Shown here: piece after piece, positions 61,423 through 64,000 of the stretch
Position numbering within the stretch: position 1 is the first letter of the stretch
Layout: each line of letters opens with the position of its first letter
Assembly: GCA_003707115.1 (NCBI GenBank)
Contig: PPNB01000022.1
Coordinates: 62,001-126,000 of the forward strand
DNA: 64,000 bases
Source of the DNA: Tortispora ganteri
Lineage: Eukaryota
Direction: 5' to 3'
Notes under the pieces: generated by a model
The model's input: the letters and a program-made list of their open reading frames with translations, nothing else
What the model was told of the DNA's origin: nothing
Database searches by the model: none
Translations under genes and position numbers: made by a program

Positions 61423-61461
61423 ATCTGATAACCTTAATAAAGATAAAGATCATTAGCCAAT
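61423..61461. promoter_or_regulatory. GATA cluster (ATCTGATAA, AGATAA) plus CCAAT upstream of the GPI gene
   Basis: ATCTGATAA at 61423-61431, AGATAA at 61441-61446, CCAAT at 61457-61461; TATATAAA at 61921. Confidence 0.45.
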
Positions 61462-62005
61462 TACAACTAGTATTTGCACTTTAAAGTGTATATCTGATTG
61501 AATAATATTTACCTGTTCGTCGCGAAAGGTTAATGTATTATCCGTTTTGGCAATCTAATTTCTATTCTAGTATTTTCTGTTTAAGCGCGCGTAAAATGAG
61601 CAGTACGACGTTAGTGGTGGAGACTATTATTTCAATAAATGCAGGCATAATAAAGCTATTTGACATACATAAATTGAGCGTTCAGTATCCTTCGCCAGAA
61701 GCGGTAGGACAAATTGTGATAGCAAAGGAAATAGTGCGTAAAGAGGAATGTCATCCTGAAAGCTTCACGGGACGATTATACTTTAACGCTTAGCCCCCAC
61801 GCGAAATCGGGCTTTTGACTTAGAAAAAAAAGTAAAATTTAATCTAAAATAAGCTATTATACAAAAAATGTTTGCTAGCTTTTTCCAAAGTCCGTACTTC
61901 AATGAAGCCAAGACTGACAATATATAAAGACTTGAATTTCCCCCATTGTTTTCCCAGGAAATCCGAACTCTTTAGACACTCGCTTAATTTTCTATACTAC
62001 TAATA

Positions 62006-62683
62006 ATGAAGTCTGCTATTGCCTTTTCTACTATTGCTGCCGTTGCTCTCGCACAAGGCCCCGGTGGTGGTATGTCCGATGATATGTTCAATTGCCACGC
62101 TACTTGCGGAAGCTTGATTACCAACACTAAGGAATGTGCTGGCGACGCTGCCTGCCTCTGCACTGACACATGGTACTCTTCCTATGCTGAGTGTGTCTCT
62201 TGCTCTGAGAGCGGAGAGTACAGCGTTTACGATATGTACTACAATTCTTTCGCACCCGGTCTTGAACTATGTGGTGATGCTCCCGCTGTTGTCTCTTCCG
62301 AAGCTCCTGTCGCGACTTCCGAAGCTCCTGTTGCGACTTCCGAAGCTCCTGTTGCGACTTCTGAAGCTCCTGTTGCGACTTCCGAGGCTCCTGTTGCGAC
62401 TTCCGAGGCTCCTGTTGCGACTTCTGAGGCTCCTGTTGCGACTTCTGAGGCTACTCCTGACGCTACCAGCTCTCATGGCCATGACCATCACGTTATTTCC
62501 ACTGCTGTCACTTTCGAAACCAGCATTGCCACCACTGTTACTGCTAGCATTGAGGGTGGAAACAAGACTGTTACCTGCACAGAAGGCTGCGCCAAGCCCA
62601 CCTATGTCAACGGTGCTAGCCCCGTTCAAGTCGGTGCTGGTGCCATCGTCGCTGGTGTCGCCGCTGTTGTTGCTCTTTTCTAA
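62006..62683 (+). CDS. GPI-anchored cell wall protein with 8-Cys CFEM-like domain and SEAPVAT repeats
   Basis: Signal peptide, eight Cys including ECAGDAACLC, Ser/Thr stalk, HGHDHH, NGA omega-like site and hydrophobic tail; strongly biased codons. Confidence 0.88.
   Translation: MKSAIAFSTIAAVALAQGPGGGMSDDMFNCHATCGSLITNTKECAGDAACLCTDTWYSSYAECVSCSESGEYSVYDMYYNSFAPGLELCGDAPAVVSSEAPVATSEAPVATSEAPVATSEAPVATSEAPVATSEAPVATSEAPVATSEATPDATSSHGHDHHVISTAVTFETSIATTVTASIEGGNKTVTCTEGCAKPTYVNGASPVQVGAGAIVAGVAAVVALF
62297..62443 (+). repeat. Coding minisatellite, 21 bp x7 (SEAPVAT)
   Basis: TCYGARGCTCCTGTYGCGACT units differing only at synonymous sites. Confidence 0.95.
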
Positions 62684-63043
62684 ACATTGATGAGTGATAA
62701 TCGCCTCAAAGTGGAGGCACGACAGTAAAATTTCCTTTCTTTTTTATTATTTTTAACATTGTATAAGTTTATTTTTTTTTCTCTTCGGCGTTTTTCGGTA
62801 ATTTGTACTTTTGGCTCGTCATCGCTTACGCTACATATAAGCGTATGCGGCTGCGACCTGTAACATAAGTAATAGAAATAAACAGCTATTTTTTCCTTAT
62901 ACGTAATATATGCCTTAATTAATTGTGCATGAAAGTATCCGGAGCAAACCGAAATACCGATGAGAAAAGTCGATTAGGGTTTCATGCCAAGATAGATGGC
63001 TGAATTTGTTGAGTAAAAGTCGTTGTCAAGGGTCAGCCACAAT

Positions 63044-63061
63044 AACCCTAGAACAGTCACA
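63044..63061. promoter_or_regulatory. RPL6 promoter: AACCCTA plus Homol-D CAGTCACA
   Basis: AACCCTA at 63044-63050, CAGTCACA at 63054-63061, further TTAGGG near 62974. Confidence 0.65.
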
Positions 63062-63144
63062 TTTGCACATCCCACATGCCCACTCCCAAGGACGCATACA
63101 CACCCTATCTTCCAGGGTTACTTACCAATCTACTTACAACACAA

Positions 63145-63663
63145 ATGAGCTCTAAGACTGCTAGTGGAGCTGCTCCCGCTGCTAAATTCTATCCTTCTGA
63201 GGATGCTCCTGTGAGAAAGGCCAACCGTAAGGCTGCTCGCGCATACAAACTCCGTGCATCGCTGAAGCCTGGAGCTGTTCTGATCTTGCTTGCAGGTAAA
63301 TTCCGCGGCAAGCGTGTAGTGCTCTTGAAAGCTCTTGAAGACGGCACCTTACTAGTTACAGGCCCTTTTAAGATCAACGGCGTTCCCTTGAGAAGAGTCA
63401 ACCCTGCCTATGTTATTGCCACCTCTACTTCTGTCCCCGTCACCGGACTTAACTTGGACAAGTTCACTGTAGAGTATCTGTCCAAGGACCGCGCTCGCAA
63501 GGCTAGCGGCGACAAGGCTGTCCCTACTGAGCGTGTTGAAGACCAAAAGACCGTCGACAAGACTTTATTGGAAGAGATCGCTAAAATCGAACACCTCGAA
63601 GCCTACCTTGGCAGCACATTCAGCCTCCGCAAAGGAGACAAGCCTCACCTTATGCAATTCTAA
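63145..63663 (+). CDS. RPL6: 60S ribosomal protein eL6
   Basis: [64 protein letters not shown] at 63145. Confidence 0.96.
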   Translation: MSSKTASGAAPAAKFYPSEDAPVRKANRKAARAYKLRASLKPGAVLILLAGKFRGKRVVLLKALEDGTLLVTGPFKINGVPLRRVNPAYVIATSTSVPVTGLNLDKFTVEYLSKDRARKASGDKAVPTERVEDQKTVDKTLLEEIAKIEHLEAYLGSTFSLRKGDKPHLMQF

Positions 63664-64000
63664 GTTGCTTATGAATAAATTCTCAACCTGCCTTCAGAAG
63701 GAGGTCATGTTTAGTGGCTAATAGTTACTGTTACGTCTTTGATATGTAGATATTATCATGTAGATAGCGTAAGCTACATCGAGCAGAAGAGCGACTTGTT
63801 TACCTGCTGTACCACCAACCGATGCCGTGCGCAAAAAATTAAAAACAACAACAACACCAAATTGCCCATGTCCGATCTCATACATTGCCAGTAGCAACAA
63901 AAACTGTTGCCTTTGTTTGATAGTAGCGCGTAGTGTTAATTGCGGTTAGCTGTTGGCCTGCGATTGTCAGGCCAAACTCCACCCAACATCTCATATCGCT

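Noticed and set aside
62136..62690. Alternative-frame ORFs with LLLRLP and RNRSF repeats
   Set aside because: Frame shadows of the 21-bp minisatellite; not a CRISPR array since there are no unique spacers
63076..63144. Upstream in-frame ATG extending RPL6 by 23 aa
   Set aside because: Lies just after the Homol-D box, probably upstream of the TSS; ATG 63145 has better context
63718..64000. 60-aa minus ORF and 8-bp inverted repeat TTGGCCTG/CAGGCCAA at 63953-63975
   Set aside because: No recognisable product and truncated by the window edge; a short hairpin like this can arise by chance

Overview
Gene-dense eukaryotic DNA from an ascomycete yeast, probably an early-diverging Saccharomycotina (inference). 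About 50 protein-coding genes, standard genetic code (CTG = Leu in HRDLKP of the MAPK), spacers often under 100 bp, and only four supportable introns (RPL22, SPE3, two in MHO1). Most genes are housekeeping, e.g. SIT4, FPK1, LCB3, HSL7, RHO4, TRM2, PEX4, PHB1, SLT2, OSH3, MET13, ORC4, NOG1, VPS9, RPL6. No tRNA, rRNA or CRISPR array was seen. Main leads: (1) an intact but apparently catalytically dead pogo/Fot1-type DDE transposase-derived gene; (2) a SPE3 intron with a weak 5' splice site followed by three back-to-back hairpins that hide two cryptic donors; (3) a PRMT5/Hsl7 with a natural Phe-to-Met change at the product-specificity residue; (4) DAD1 and DAD3 head-to-head around one MCB site; (5) a BNIP3/NIX-like tail-anchored protein with an Atg8-interacting motif; (6) a CFEM-like GPI protein behind iron-repressor-like GATA sites; (7) a small orphan with a RAD51AP1-like C-terminal motif. 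All family calls come from by-eye motif recognition, not database searches.
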